From: Tubiluchus corallicola
Lineage: Eukaryota; Animalia; Priapulida
Direction: 5' to 3'
Length of the DNA stretch: 64,000 bases
Assembly (NCBI GenBank): GCA_030141605.1
Contig: JAQGDQ010000068.1
Coordinates: 1 to 64,000, forward strand
The notes below the pieces were generated by a model that did no database searches, was not told the origin of the DNA, and was given only the letters and a program-made list of their open reading frames with translations. Positions 1-13,790 of this stretch are shown here, one piece after another. Each line of letters opens with the position of its first letter. The stretch's first letter is position 1. Position numbers and translations under genes: made by a program.

Positions 1-1939
1 AATGGGTTGACTACAGTCCATTAAGAAGAATGCTAAATTTCTCTTGCACAACACGAGCAGTTTATTAAATGGTTTGAATAAAATGACATGGCTTTAGGAA
101 AATCTGCATGTCTCTTCTTGTGTCTGAGAACTAAACAATGCAGAAACGCAAGGCAAACATGTTTTATGATATCTAAGCACAAAATAAGCCATTTTAAAAC
201 TTAGCATACAAGACACCACAAGCAGTTAAAGATGCTCATTTATATATAACTGCCAGCTTAAAAAGAATTATAGACTTATCACACCCTAAATTACCAACTG
301 AGTATTGATTGTGCAAACTGGACTTTTTACACTCTCGGGTTTAAAGAGTTAATTATGAATGAAAAGAAGGAGACAACAAATCTCATCCAAAACAAACAAC
401 ATCTAATTTGAAAATTATTTCACTTATTTGTTTTGTACTATTGCTTTTCGTTTATACCAGTTTAATAGGACCATGGTAGTACATTCAATTTAAGTCTTAA
501 AGAACATTTAAAAGGCACTAAAATCATTACTCAATGTGGATTAATGCTTAAGTGAACCTTAGAAAGACCTTGGTGTTCATACCATGGTTTACAACTTGTT
601 TTTTTTACTCCATGGCAGCAGTACGTAGAGCTACTCTGCCTGAAAGCCTGCATGTGTGAATTGTACACGCACAGTTTAGTCAATGAGATGCAAAATGCAG
701 TCTATTGGTTAAAAAAGCCTTTTTGGACGTGCTTATGGTCTGGAACACGCCGGTACTTTATCGTCTGTGTATTCTGAAGAAAACGCATAGCTACAAACAC
801 AAACGTAAGTTTGATAGCTTGCTTACTGGCTGATAGCTAATTTGTTAGTCTGTTGGTCGGTCAGTGTTTCATTTTTTAGAATGTTTTGGGGCTTAAATTT
901 TGTGAACATTACTGCGTAATTCATACACGTTACGAACACTTCAGGTTGCATTAGAGTTAATGGGTCATGTAATATCCTTTCACCTGCCTATTAGTAACTT
1001 CGCACGCAACGATCAGTTTGAGCGCAAGTATTCTATGTTTGAGAGTCACGCGAACCAAAATTTGTGTCTATGAAAAGTTGTCTGCTCTAAAATTATCGGC
1101 TTTTATGCACTCAACGACTTGTTAGAGCTGAATAAGGAATGGTCGTTAAAATATTCTGTGGAATAAATTAGGTTCCCAGATCATAGTGTTAAAAAAATTA
1201 AAAGTTTTAGCAGTTATTCACTTTTACAGTTTAAGAACTTCTCAAAGCCAAGCAATCGAACAAGAATCTGATATTTGCAGCAGACGCATTCTGCTCAATC
1301 TAATACTGTGTTACCGCATTATGAACTTTTAAACAAGTTTTTCCGCAATAAAGTTTCCGGCAAGAACTAATATTTCTTACAATCTCTTGGACTTCCTGTA
1401 ATTTTAAATCTCAGTGGTATCCAAGCTACGTATTCTACCTTTTGATTGATTTGGCTTTAGACATTCTGCCCGTGGAAAATTACCTGTTTACAGACTTCGA
1501 ACTGAAGACAACGAAATTAAGGAAAACGAGCAAAACAAAAAAGCAGACCTTTTCATGCAACATTGCAACATTGATTTCACTTTCGTTTTCCCAAATTAAC
1601 CCGTTTCTGAGACTGCGCTTTTGACATCTAGCAGAAAATGCTTCATTGCTTGATGAGTTTTTGTATAAAGAGAAACCTTTGAACGTGGTTATTATAAATC
1701 ATTTCTTAATGTCACCTTTGCAAGACAGTTTGTAAAGCGAAAATATGATAAAGTCTCGCGAGCAAAGTCTTTTTTAAAACTACAGTGACACTGTCAGTCA
1801 AATCGACAGAAAAATGCGAGGACAAAAATACGTATATATGCATAATTGGGCCTACTTTAGCTTTTCATTTGTGCTATACTGAATGAGTTATTCCAGCAGC
1901 CTTCCTACAAAACGTTGACGTTAACATAGCTTTAATTAA

Positions 1940-2468
1940 AGCACAAGAAAACACTCCACTTACATAAAGCGTAAAAATTCGTCTTGAAATTTTATATCAC
2001 TTACATGCTACCTTTTTGCATACAAGGCTTGCATCGACTGTAGCGCTGTATAAAATATGTAAATTTAAACTCCCGCGGTGACCGTTAGACCCAACCATTT
2101 TTACGATAAGTCATTTGAAACCAGTTTAGATAACATTGTGTAAAGTTTGAAAAAATAATCAGAGCATTCGTAGCGCACATGTCAGTAACTAAGTAAAATT
2201 TTAAATTACTGTATCTAGTCAATAAGATCAAAAGTACGTTTTTGGTTAATGAGTGGTGCACCCTGGAGGCGAGTCAACGACATTTTACCAATTGGTGAAA
2301 GCATTTTAAATAAGACGTCATGTAATAGTGCGGCTGGAACAGTATTACGCGAGATTTAAAATGAAAACAAACAAAAAATCGTTTCAATGCTAGTACGATA
2401 TACGCACAAAACTGCTATAAAGTAATATAATTTTTAAGGCGATTGTTCTGAAACCTAGAAATCCTTTA
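1940..2468 (+). mobile_element. Non-autonomous TTAA-type (Kolobok-like) DNA element, copy 1 (internally deleted, 3' end eroded)
   Basis: Starts ttaa|agcacaagaaaac; colinear and similar to 48210-48866 over about 500 bp (e.g. gtttagataacattg, gagtggtgcaccctggagg, gtaatataatttttaaggcgatt). Confidence 0.7.
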
Positions 2469-3238
2469 GAAATCACAGCTGTTTTCAATTGTAAACTAAT
2501 CTGTCGCGTGACAAGGTTTAAATAATTATCAGTTTTTTGCAATATTACTGATGATTTGGTTTTTGATAAGTACATCTCTATTTAAGAGTGCACTGAGTTA
2601 TACTGTAAGGCCGCGTGCTGACAATATGCTAGCTATGCTGCCACTGATTCTAGCAATTATTTTACTTAGTTAAAACATGATAGGCAAGTTCATTTGAGTT
2701 AACGGGATAAATTATGCTGAGACTAGCTCCACTTCCATTACAAACAAATTCATTAAAATTTATTCAAATTGAAACTGTGTCAACATATCTAACAGAATGT
2801 AATTAATTATGCTCCTTCTTTCTGTTTAACTGCTAATGAAATGATAATAGCTGCTTCGTTTAAACTTTGTTCGCCAATGTCAAATCATGAATCATGTATA
2901 TACAGTTTGCTTGGAAGCCTTATCTATTTAGCATGCGTAGCGAGTGCTGTTACTGAGTAGTAGGTGACGCAAATTTCAGAAACTCAAAGAAGCAATGATG
3001 AAACAATTTCGCTATATTTGCACAAAGAAATAGTGTTTGCATAATGAGGCTGTTTTGCTATTTTACTGCAGAAAGATTCTCTCGTAGTCTGAGGAAAACT
3101 AAGCTTGTCAAACGTTCTAAGTTTTCTAACTGCAGCTGGATTAGTTAGAAAGATTTAGCTTTGGTTGCTTGCACAGTATAAATTATGCACTTAGAATGCC
3201 GTGATAATTCGAATGAATACCTTTAGATTTTCGTAATG

Positions 3239-3428
3239 ACGAAAAAAAAAGAAGAAGAAAGAGACGAAGAAGAAGTAGAAGAAAGAGCACAGCCACCGCT
3301 TCCGCCAAAACCAGCAAAACCACCACCACCACTACCACTACCAGTACCACCACCACCACCACCACCACCACCACCACCACCAACGCACCACCACCACCAC
3401 CACCGCCGCCGCCCCCACCACCACCACA
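3239..3428. repeat. (GAA)n plus (CCA)n compound trinucleotide microsatellite
   Basis: Directly visible; accounts for the poly-P/G/V ORFs at 3183-3502. Confidence 0.9.
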
Positions 3429-3934
3429 GGGTCAGCGTCAACGTCAGCATTAACAAAAGATCTACAGTTAGTATTGGCCCCCTAGTTACTGCCTTTTATT
3501 AGAATGGTGAAGTAATTAAAATTCGAAAAGACAACACGACGTGACAATAGACGAAATAGTTTTGCGGGTTGAAATTGAATTAAGCTCTCTTCTGCGCTAA
3601 AAATAGCGATCACGTACAATAAATCAGTTTAAATGGAATTCGTAGAGGTGATCGTGGGTTCATACTTCTGTGGATACTCGCCAGATAAACAGTCAACTAG
3701 CCAGTTCCTTTTATGTTCATTTCTCAGACAACTGGCTTCTTGTTTTTTTGGCCAACCGAACAACTGACCGGCCGACAAAGTTAGCCAAAATACTAACTAC
3801 AAAGCAGCCAACAGCTAGTGACCAATTTAAACCAATAAAATTCTAGCAACCAACTAACAAATTAGCGGCTAAGCGGTATGTCAATCATCCATCTTCTAGA
3901 TAAGTTAACTGGTCAGTTCGCTAATTAGCCAATA

Positions 3935-4350
3935 AACCAATCAACCAACCAACCAACCAACCAACCAACCAACCAACCAACCAACCAACCAACCAACCAA
4001 CCAACCAACCAACCAATCAACCAACCAACCAACCAACCACCAGCCAGCCAGCCAACTAGCTGGCCGACCATCCAACCGGGCGACCGACCGACCGATCAAT
4101 CAACCACACAACCAATCAGCCAGCCAACCAACCAACTCACTAACGAACCTACCAACCAACCGATCAACCGAGCAATCAATCCATCCATCCATCCATACAC
4201 CATCCATCCATCCATCCATCCATCCATCCATCCATCCATCCACCGACCAACCGGCCGACCGACCGACCGAACAATCAGCCAACCAACCAACCGACCAACC
4301 AATCAATCAATCAAACAAACAGCTAGCCAGCCAGCTGGGCAACCAACCAA
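3935..4350. repeat. Compound tetranucleotide array (AACC/AATC/AGCC/GACC/ATCC)n
   Basis: Directly visible. Confidence 0.92.
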
Positions 4351-6617
4351 AAGACGTTGTTTTATGAATCCTAAACCTTAGCACCCTGTACCTCAGTGCC
4401 TATGATCTCAGTGCCAACAACTTGGTGTCCGCATCTTTCACATCCAGAACATGCGCTCTTGTCCACGTTGTGTTAACATAGTTGCGGACTCAGCACTTTC
4501 AGAAATAGCAGGACTTCGAATTTCGCCATTCATCATTGCCTCATGACAGATTAATTAATACATATCAGCGTTCTTGTATTCATATAATTTAATTTGTGGC
4601 AATTTCGCAAGAAATGCAGTTTCAGACTGGCTGATTTGTATTTTAATTTCCTCAGAAATCTTTCTGTTATTAATCAGACCAGCACCAGATGTAAAAGACA
4701 GTGGCTACATTCTTGCACAGCAAGTGTTTAAAATTATAATAAGTGCTTTAAAATAATTTTTCATTGAGTATTTTGCTATTGTTTGTATAAATTTTATTCC
4801 AATTATTAATTATCAATAATTTCATTTTAAGCTAGTTAATTAATGAATGTTAATTATTAAATCGTTGAAACCAATTAACCAGAAAAAAGAAATGTGAAAA
4901 AGGTCGGGACTGGACCTTGATTTGAACTGGGGACGATTGCAAGTTTGAATGTTATCACATAAAACATTGAATTTCAAATCTGATTTAAATCTTCTGCTTA
5001 AACGTCTTTAAATTTCCTTTAGAAAACAGTAGTAGTCTTCTCTGCTTTCGAAACTTAAGACTGTTTTATTCCATCATTAAAACGTTTTTACGTTTCAATG
5101 CTCAGATTAAATTATTATGGCCAAGAACATAGTACCCAGTATACACTCAAGAACGGTTGCTTTGAGAAACGCCAACTACAGTATTTTTGTACAGTATTTT
5201 GCCATTAATGGTAAAACCTTCGTCAATGGACATTATTGGCAAATATAACAAAAGAGCTGATCCTAGACAAAATTGCCTCAGATAAACGCACTCTATGTGC
5301 TTTCATCTGTCACGCGAAGTTCTCTCTGATAGACGAAAGATTGTGATGTTATCATCAACGCTACGGCTGTCTGATGGCTTAGCGCGAATCTTTACAGATG
5401 TTTCTCCCCAATTGATCGGAAAGCCGGAGCAAATCTCGGTTAAGAAACGACGCTATTCGCGAGGCTATTACCTTGTAATGATATAGGTATCACTGTGTCA
5501 ATTGAAAAATGTCGAGCTATCCGACAACCTATTATTAGCGTGTAATTTAAGATATGTAAATCTTAGCTAACCAAGATTCGGACTGCCAACTAAAGAATTC
5601 TGTCATGTAACGAGTTATTACTGAGGCCCTACATCTAATAAAATTGGTTTCCCAGCTAAGGTGTTAAACGATAAACTCACAGCCATTGTTATAACGTTCA
5701 AAATTCCGGTAAATCTGCTATTATAGTCAGAAATATTTCTAGTAGCTCTTTCCCGAAAGAAGCAAATATGCGTTTTTCTATTCTAAATTTAAGCGCTTAT
5801 ATATCACGAATATGTGAGGCTTCAAAATATTAAATAATTATTGGCTTGTTAAATGGTTCTGATGAACAACCATTTTTCTGCGCGGCCTGTCATATTATAG
5901 ATATTCGGTCAGAATGTTGATTGCGACATAATGATATGCATTTTTATTGCCACGTGCAAATCTTGAATTTAGAAATGGACTGAAATTTACAAGAATTAAT
6001 AACCTCCTTATTTTCAAAACAATCAATAAGCGTTGGAAAGGACGTTAAGGACCTTACTTTTAAACCTGTCTTCTTTGGAGAACTTTGTTTATAAGTAGCT
6101 TTTTCATGTCCAATGTTTTAATAAGACATACAACATGCCTGATTTGTGTTCGTACACAGGTCCACTTTCGAACTTTTTGTATTTCTATATATTCTTATGG
6201 CCTAGTTTTGTTTTATTTCAGGAATTTAAGAATTGCGGATAGATAAGGATTTTTTGTTGCTTACAAGAATGTAGTATTGAATACTGATATTAATCTACAG
6301 CGAGTTGGGCTGTATGATAATATAAATACAATTAATTCCGCAAATCGGTAGAAATGATTCAAGTCGACGTCCGCTAATGAGCATTGACTCCATATTCGGC
6401 GTTCACTAATTTCTTGTAGTGCGTTAGTTGAAAGCAGGCTAGTGAACGTAAGTTGATAACACTCCAATAGAGCTTCAGTAAATTTTTCCAAGTGAATTTA
6501 AGTTAACTTGTCAACTTAAAAGGGAAGTAACAACGAGAAAAAGGAGTTGAATTTTTATAATTGGATGGCTCCATGGAATTCAGAATACAATGCTTTTCTT
6601 TCTTTTTCTAATCCCCA

Positions 6618-6765
<148 letters not shown>

Positions 6766-7289
6766 TAGATCATTCTTACCTGTCTCTCTTCTTATTTCTT
6801 CTAAAAGCAATCGCACTAGAGTTATCTTGCGTCTCTGTTAACATTCTAAAAACCTTCAATGCATTGAATTTGCGAGTAAGATATTATTACTCCTCGCGGC
6901 ACATTCTTTATTGCATATTCTGTATTGCAATTCACAGTGTCGTACGCAACATTGATTTTCTGTTGTGTCAATTTTATGGACTCAGATTATTTTGTAAACA
7001 TATTTTATTCTGTCTGGGTCGTGGTGAGATGCAATTTCGATGAAACGTTTTGATTCGCTAAACTACCCAATAAAATATTATTGCCTGATAGCTAAACGAG
7101 AAGAAAATTGTTCTGATACCTTCGATAAAACTTTACATTTTCCTGGCATTCAGTTATACGCAGAAGTGTGAACGCGTAACAGCTTTTCGACAATAATAAG
7201 TAAATCTCCCTTCAAATTATTGTAGTGAGGTTCGCACCAGCGAATGACTGAGAAAAGTCCGTCGTTGGTGCATTGCTGTGGTGTTTATG

Positions 7290-7650
7290 TAGTTGCAAAT
7301 GTTGTCGTTGGTACTGCTGAGGTCATTGCGTTGTAGTTGTCGTCGCACTTGCTGTTTTTGCTACTGCTTCTGCGGTTGCTGCTGGCTGATGGTTGACTTT
7401 TGGTTGTTGATCCTAGTTTATTCCGATCTATTGCTGCTGTTGTTGTTGTTTTTGCTGTTGCTGCTATTGCTGTTGTTGTTGCAGTAGTTGCCGCTGTCGT
7501 TGCTAATGATGATTGTGGTGCTGGTGTTGTTGTTGTGTCGTTGTCGTCATCATCGATGTTGTCGTCGCTGCTTCTGCTGCTAAGATTGACGGTGGTGCTG
7601 TTGTTGTTGTTGTCGTTGCAGTTACTGTCGTTGCTGCTGCTGCGGCTGCT
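7290..7650. repeat. Degenerate (GTT/GCT/GTC)n trinucleotide array
   Basis: Directly visible. Confidence 0.8.
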
Positions 7651-9062
7651 ATTATTAATCGATTGACAGCATGGTAATGTTAATCCTGATGGTGTTATGT
7701 AGACTGTGAAACTCCATCAGCTCTGCCACGTGTAAATAATGTTAAGCTTGGTTGAGTAAGACACGCCATGCATACAAAGAGTCATAGAAATAGTCTGTAA
7801 CTTGACGATGTATAACGATTTCAATGCTTTTACATGTACATCCCATGGCCAATCTTTGTCTGTTTACACGTTTTGTATCAGCAGGACGATTTTTCTTCTG
7901 GTTCAAAGAAGAGCAAACAAACATTCAGTAGTCTAATAAGTACTGAAAAAAGAAATACAACTCTTATTACAGTAATTCGAGATCGTTTTAGTTGGCTAGA
8001 AGTAGTTTAGGTTACTGCTTAACAAAAAGTTCTGCAGTAAATGAACCAGAATCAATTTATTCAGTCAATAAGGAATAAGGAGAAGATGTGGTCGAAACTT
8101 GCGAGGCAGAGGTACAAGGGTGCAGCACAATCTGCTCCTGTAGGCAGGGGTGCAGGGCTTGAGCAAAAAGGCGTCAGATTAAAATCAAAAGGGAGAAATG
8201 ATTTTTTCCCTGTCAACCGCAAATTGTAAAGTTTATTAGCAAAATAATATTTCCCACATCAACATTATTCAAAACATAAGTACAAAATGAAATATTAAAA
8301 TAAATTCTGTGAAAATTGTAAACACAGGAGACCCAAGAAGAACAAGGTGCTAATTATAGGGCGGCAAATAATCACAGTCAAGAAATAATCAGTAATTGTA
8401 CAATAAAAAGGAAAACGTATGACACCATATTTGCATGCAACTAAAATAAAATGAAACGATCACGTTTAATTATCTAACAATTATCATTTTAATTGATTTT
8501 TAAATCTAGGTGGTTAAGGCAGTCCTTTCTGGTGTCAATTCGTTCCAAATAATAGGAACCACGACGATATTTTGTAGAAAATTTGCGAAGATTAGAACAA
8601 CATTTAGCAGGATGAGAAGTATTTAAATGTTCCAATTATTTAAAAAAATAGAGCAACATTTAAAAAAATATTTGTCCCTGAAGTGGACATCATATCTCCA
8701 ATTACGCGTTTTATGTGCAATTTAGACAGCCGCGATGAGTAATTACTTAACATACAATATTACAATGTTTGCAATAAGGCAGAATTAAGCCAATGATACA
8801 CGGTCGCTCTATACATGCCCGCACGGCAAGACTCCCGGGCGGCGGATGTCGAAAAATCTGATACACGGTCTGTGTAGAAGAGAGCGCGGCAGTAATGACG
8901 GCCTCACAGGCAAAAATTTTGCCGCCATTTAGTTTTGGTACTTCTGGAAATTAGATCTATAATCAGCAGTTATTTTGTGGATTATCTTGTTTTTTAAGCT
9001 GTTGAGTCACTACAGCGTGGAGTAAGGACTATATAGACATTGAAGTTAATTAAGAATTGGAC

Positions 9063-9565
9063 ATGGAAAATTTGCGTCTATCAAGTGCTGCTGTCATTTC
9101 AATATTGGCTTTACGCAGATTAAAAAGGAAAAGGCAACGGAAAAATCGTACTTGTTAGACAAAAAAGTGGTTACAGCAGCGTGTTTTTCAGGGTGCATAT
9201 TTAGATTTATTGACTGAACTCAGGGATACAGGTCCTTGGTCTTATAGACATTTTCTAAGAATTTGATTCGATATTTGCTGAATATTTGCTGAATTAATGG
9301 ATATGATCAGCGTGGAAATTAAAAAACAGGACACGAACATGAGAGCTTGCATTATTCTACGTTATTTAGCTACAGGAGCCAGGGCCTATTTCAGGGGGGG
9401 GGGAGTGGGGATACTTCGAGAGGGCCTCACACGCCCCACTTCCCCGGGCCTCGCTTAGGCTGAAATAGGCCCTGACAGAAGCTAGTTTTTCTGACTTGCA
9501 GTGCATACTTCGCTTTCACAGAACAATTATTGGCCAGTCAGTTCCAGAAACGTGTCGAGCTGTAA
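9063..9565 (+). pseudogene. Harbinger (HARBI1-like) transposase N-terminal remnant
   Basis: MENLRLSSAAVISILALRRLKRKRQRKNRTC*TKKWLQQRVFQGAYLDLLTELRDTGPWSYRHFLRI*...KKQDTNMRACIILRYLATGA[insertion]SFSDLQCILRFHRTIIGQSVPETCRAV; the DTxMR and LRYLATG motifs are typical; in-frame stops present. Confidence 0.8.
9380..9474. mobile_element. 95-bp hAT-type MITE nested in the Harbinger transposase remnant
   Basis: Perfect 15-bp TIR cagggcctatttcag / ctgaaataggccctg; 8-bp TSD acaggagc / acagaagc (one mismatch). Confidence 0.88.
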
Positions 9566-9926
9566 CTACAATGGCCTAGTACAGCGTTTTTAATTATGCA
9601 TATCATTTCCCAATACAAGTTGCGGGAAAAGTAAAAAACAATGCTGGAATACTGATCTCTGATTGGATGAAACGCTTTGGCCGGCCGGCGTACAAAATAG
9701 AACTCACTTCTATTTTAGGGCGGCTGTTGTCTTCACGGTCACTTCGATAAATTCCGTGTATCATCTTTCATTTGAAATTAATGTAGTCTAATTTCGGCGG
9801 TCATTTTAACACAGCCGACGTTGGCCGGTTTGTGTATTTTGGCGGTCGTGTATCATTAGCTTTAGTGATGCATACAATAGCGGCAATGAATGTCTAACCT
9901 TGATATTATTCCACCATTTTTGAAAT

Positions 9927-10816
9927 TTTGGAAGGAGTTACCCGTAACCCTAACCCTAACCCTAATCCTAATCCTAATCCGCTTCACGAAGTAATTTTTT
10001 GTGTGGAGTATTGTAAACTTCAGCCGAAATTTTATTTGCAATTAATGAAAGACACATTTTCATTAGTCAAATCCCCGAGAAATTTAATCTGATCTCTCAA
10101 TCTTTACTCAATCTGATCTACTTAATCTAACTTATTTGATCTGATCTAGTCTGGTAATTATTGATTTTGGATCATTCTTTTTACCACAAAATATCACAAA
10201 TTTAGTTTTTTAACATTGAAGGAGAGTTTGTTAACTTAGCAACAAAACAAAACGTGGAGTTTACATTATTTCCTTTTATATAAGCTGTGTGATTAACCGT
10301 ATCTAAATTAGCAAGGGTTCGGTCATCATTAAACTGATGGCTAAACTTTATAATTCCCCACACACAAGAAATTAGAAATTTTGTTTTGTTGCTTTTAAAG
10401 TTAACAACCTCTGCTTGAATGTTAAGAAAACTACATTTTTGATATTTTGTGGTAAAAAATATGATCCAAAATTGCTATTACAATCAACAATGCCAGGCTA
10501 GATCAAATTCGGTAAGTCAGATTAAATAGATCAGAATACGTAGATTAAGTAGATCAGGTTAAATTTCTTGCGGTGTTGACAAATGAAAATGTCTTTCATT
10601 AATTGCAAATAAAATTTCAGCAAAAGTTTACAATTCCCCCCACACAAGAAGGTAGTCCGCGAGGCGGATTAGAATTAGGGTTACGATTAGGATTAGGGTT
10701 AGCGTTAGGGTTAGGATTAGGTATAGGATTAGTGCTGGATTAGAGATAGAATTAGGCTAAGGTTATAGTTAGGCGGGATATTTATATTGTGTGGGGAATT
10801 GTAAACTCCTTCCAAA
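9927..10816. mobile_element. Foldback-type element with long inverted arms and subterminal (TAACCC/TAATCC)n repeats
   Basis: Ends tttggaaggagtt / aactccttccaaa; about 9927-10252 is the imperfect reverse complement of about 10379-10816; telomere-like hexamers in both arms. Confidence 0.8.
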
Positions 10817-13221
10817 CTGATTTGCAATTTCATCAGGATCACTAGGAGTTCCATTGGTTTTTTTATACTCGGGGAAAGGATATTACATTCAATTTTTTTA
10901 TTTATTGTCGTTTTAATAACTTTCCAATTTTTTTATTAGATGTATTAGCACGGACTTGTTGCGTTCCCATATCTATGTTAGTTTATTCTCCAAAAATACA
11001 AATTTTCTGTAGTCTACAATGACTACATCTACAAATCTACTGAAATAAAAGTGCTAGAAAATAAGTGCTACAGATTACTACTTACACTAAAAAGCTAAAA
11101 ATGCATACATACATTGTTGGTCCAATATTGAGTCGAGAAAAAGCCAGAATGTCAGTAAAAGGTAGCAGTATAATTATAAGTCAAATTTTTAAATGTAACA
11201 AAGACGTGTGTACATGACAAGTTCCACCTATACAATGTCAGAGTAGAAAAAGAGTCTAGAGGTTGAGCTACAGTCTAATATATTGTGGCTTCTAATGCAT
11301 GTACTACCTTGAGAAGAGGTAATGGACCAAAACATTTGCACCTGCAACATATGTTTATTCTGCTTTCCTCAAAAATGAAGTTAGTTTATTTCTGTATTGA
11401 TTACAGTGATTCACTTTGAGTAGGTCCCGTCTTTGCAATTTTTTATAAAGTTTATTGTTGGCTCGGATATAAGACTTAAAGCCTACAGTTAGCCAAGATT
11501 TGCTATAAATTTTTGTTTTGTGATTTTTAATGTACAGTTAATGAAACGAGCTAGGTAGACGTCATATGCATTGTTTGAATAATGTTATCTCGCCATCCTA
11601 AATTCAAAATGGCAGATCGAAAACCCGGCTACACCATTAATCGATGCAGAATTTATGATGTTACCGCCGCCATTTTGAATTAAAAATGGCGGATCGAAAA
11701 TATAACTGTGTCAGACGATGCTTCTAGTATATTTGCTTGAAGTTTCGTGACGATTTGTTGCAAGCTGCGGGAGCTTTAGACTTTCCCAACAACAACTAGA
11801 AAAGTAGCAATTTGGGTCAAGACTCTGGACCGAAACTGTCCATAAAAGTGCACATCGTTCATCATCGCGATCTCCTTAGACAATTTTTCATTCAATTCAG
11901 GAAAACTTTTCACCACTATTTTGATTTTTATCTATCGTGTGATACTGAATCCTGTTTTGTGTGCTAAGTTCGGTTTTTGCACAAAAATGACAAGTTTGCC
12001 TTCTACATGTTGAAATGGCGAAAAAAGCGAAAACTACTTGAAATGATGTTAGAAACGTTGTTAGGCCACACAGTCAATACGCAAAATGATAAATAAGTTA
12101 AACTGTACAGAATTGTCATAAAATTGTACGTAACAATAAAATTTGTTTAGGAAGGTATGGTACCCCGATAAATAATCAGTCGTTAGCATTCGAAAGAGTG
12201 CCGGCATAGAATGTCGTCTGTTTACATTATCAGCTAAAAATTTCCAGATTAAAAATCTGTTGAAAGAACGATTGTCTATGATGTTTATTCAAGCACGCTT
12301 ATTAGAACATCTCAAGAGAACAGCGCATTTTATTAACATCAGCATAAATTGCCAAGCATCAGTGTCGTTTAATGTCTCAGAACCTTGACTTTTTTAGTGA
12401 AACGACAATTTAAGTGTGATCGCAGAAATTTGTGCAAAAGTTATTAAGCATATTTGTAAGCACAGCCTGCAAATCGATATAGACGTTTAATGCTACTGTA
12501 TAAATTTTTTTATACCGCTCATATCAAAGAAATATCCTACAACATAGTGGACTTTTCAAGTATAAGCAATTTGTGAATAACTAAGTGATCAGGTATTAAA
12601 GCTAAGTTCGTCTAAAAGTGCTTAACGTTTTTTGATTCTTTGAAATTGTTTGTGTCTTTGTTTGTAAGACTATAATCCGTCCATATTTTATTATTTCATT
12701 GTAAATATTCACGTAATCAGTCAGCTATCATCACCACCGCTGTTGCTGTTGCTGTTACTAATCACTCCAAATAACAAACACATTGAAAAGATTAGTAATA
12801 CTTGTTATTGTTGGCTTTTTATTCGCTCCGTTAACATGAATAAATAGATATGAGATAGATCATTTCGTTTTTTCGTTATCAGAGCGGGTAGTATTATGAA
12901 ACGAGTGTATTTTAAACGATTCTTAACAACTGCAGTTAGCAGTTCACCTGAAACGGTAAAGAAAGCCTGCGAGTTTAAATCCTTGCGTGTTTAAAACTTT
13001 ATTGCTTTCTAAAGCCATTAGGGTTATTTTAGATCCGCAAGTTTACCTTTCAACTTCATGAGGCTTTTGGCTGCCCCGCCGGATAGCATTTTTTGAATAG
13101 CAAGATTGAAAAAATTCAGGTCCAAATCTGTGTGCATGACAGTGCTGATCACATGACTATGTCTGGTTTTAATACAGTTTAATGATGTGCGACTGGCCAG
13201 TGGCAGAATGCTGCTAATTAT

Positions 13222-13790
13222 CACTTTATTATACCCAGTCTACTGAGATGTGATTGAGCGTAATTTTCGCATTTTTGTCTCCTATCTTGTGCTATTAAAC
13301 AATCCCTACTTTGTAGCCGCATCATAGTCTGAGCTCCCTCCCTTGCCTGCCCTGTAAGTTTCTTGATTCTGCATGCTACAGCTTTCAAGTTATTAAATGT
13401 TGACCAGTCATCGTTTGCCGTACTATTGTCTGAGTCCGTGCACTACCTTGCAAGTTTCGCGACTCTATATACTATAGTTTCCGATTTATTCAATGTTATG
13501 ATTCGAACTGACGACTGTCCTCTGGTCTTGAGCCTCTGAGGAAGGTTGCCGTTTACCGCTATCTGAGCCCGCACTTCAGGTGTGTGCAACTGTATACTCT
13601 GCAAGTTTCGTGATCCTCAGCACTTGTGACCGTTTGTGAGTTGTTTATTGTCATGAATCGATGCCTAAAAATGACGCCCGTCATCGCCATCGCCACCGCC
13701 GCCGCCACTCAGAACGACAACGACATACATACACACGCACGCACACACACACACGTGCGTTCGCGCGCGAGCGCACACACACAGATACAA
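13222..13790 (+). mobile_element. Possible Helentron/DINE-1-like non-autonomous remnant
   Basis: Begins near ttataccc; three degenerate units of the form tctgag...aagtttc...; ends in a (CA/CG) microsatellite. Confidence 0.3.

Larger units (their letters stand above)
8788..9861 (+). mobile_element. PIF/Harbinger DNA transposon, internally deleted
   Basis: TIRs agccaatgatacacg / cgtgtatcattagct (14 of 15 match) with TTA on both flanks (8785-8787, 9862-9864); subterminal gatacacgg repeats; internal transposase remnant. Confidence 0.85.

Noticed and set aside
9945-9982. True telomere or chromosome-fusion scar
   Set aside because: Only a few mixed hexamers, embedded symmetrically in a foldback element
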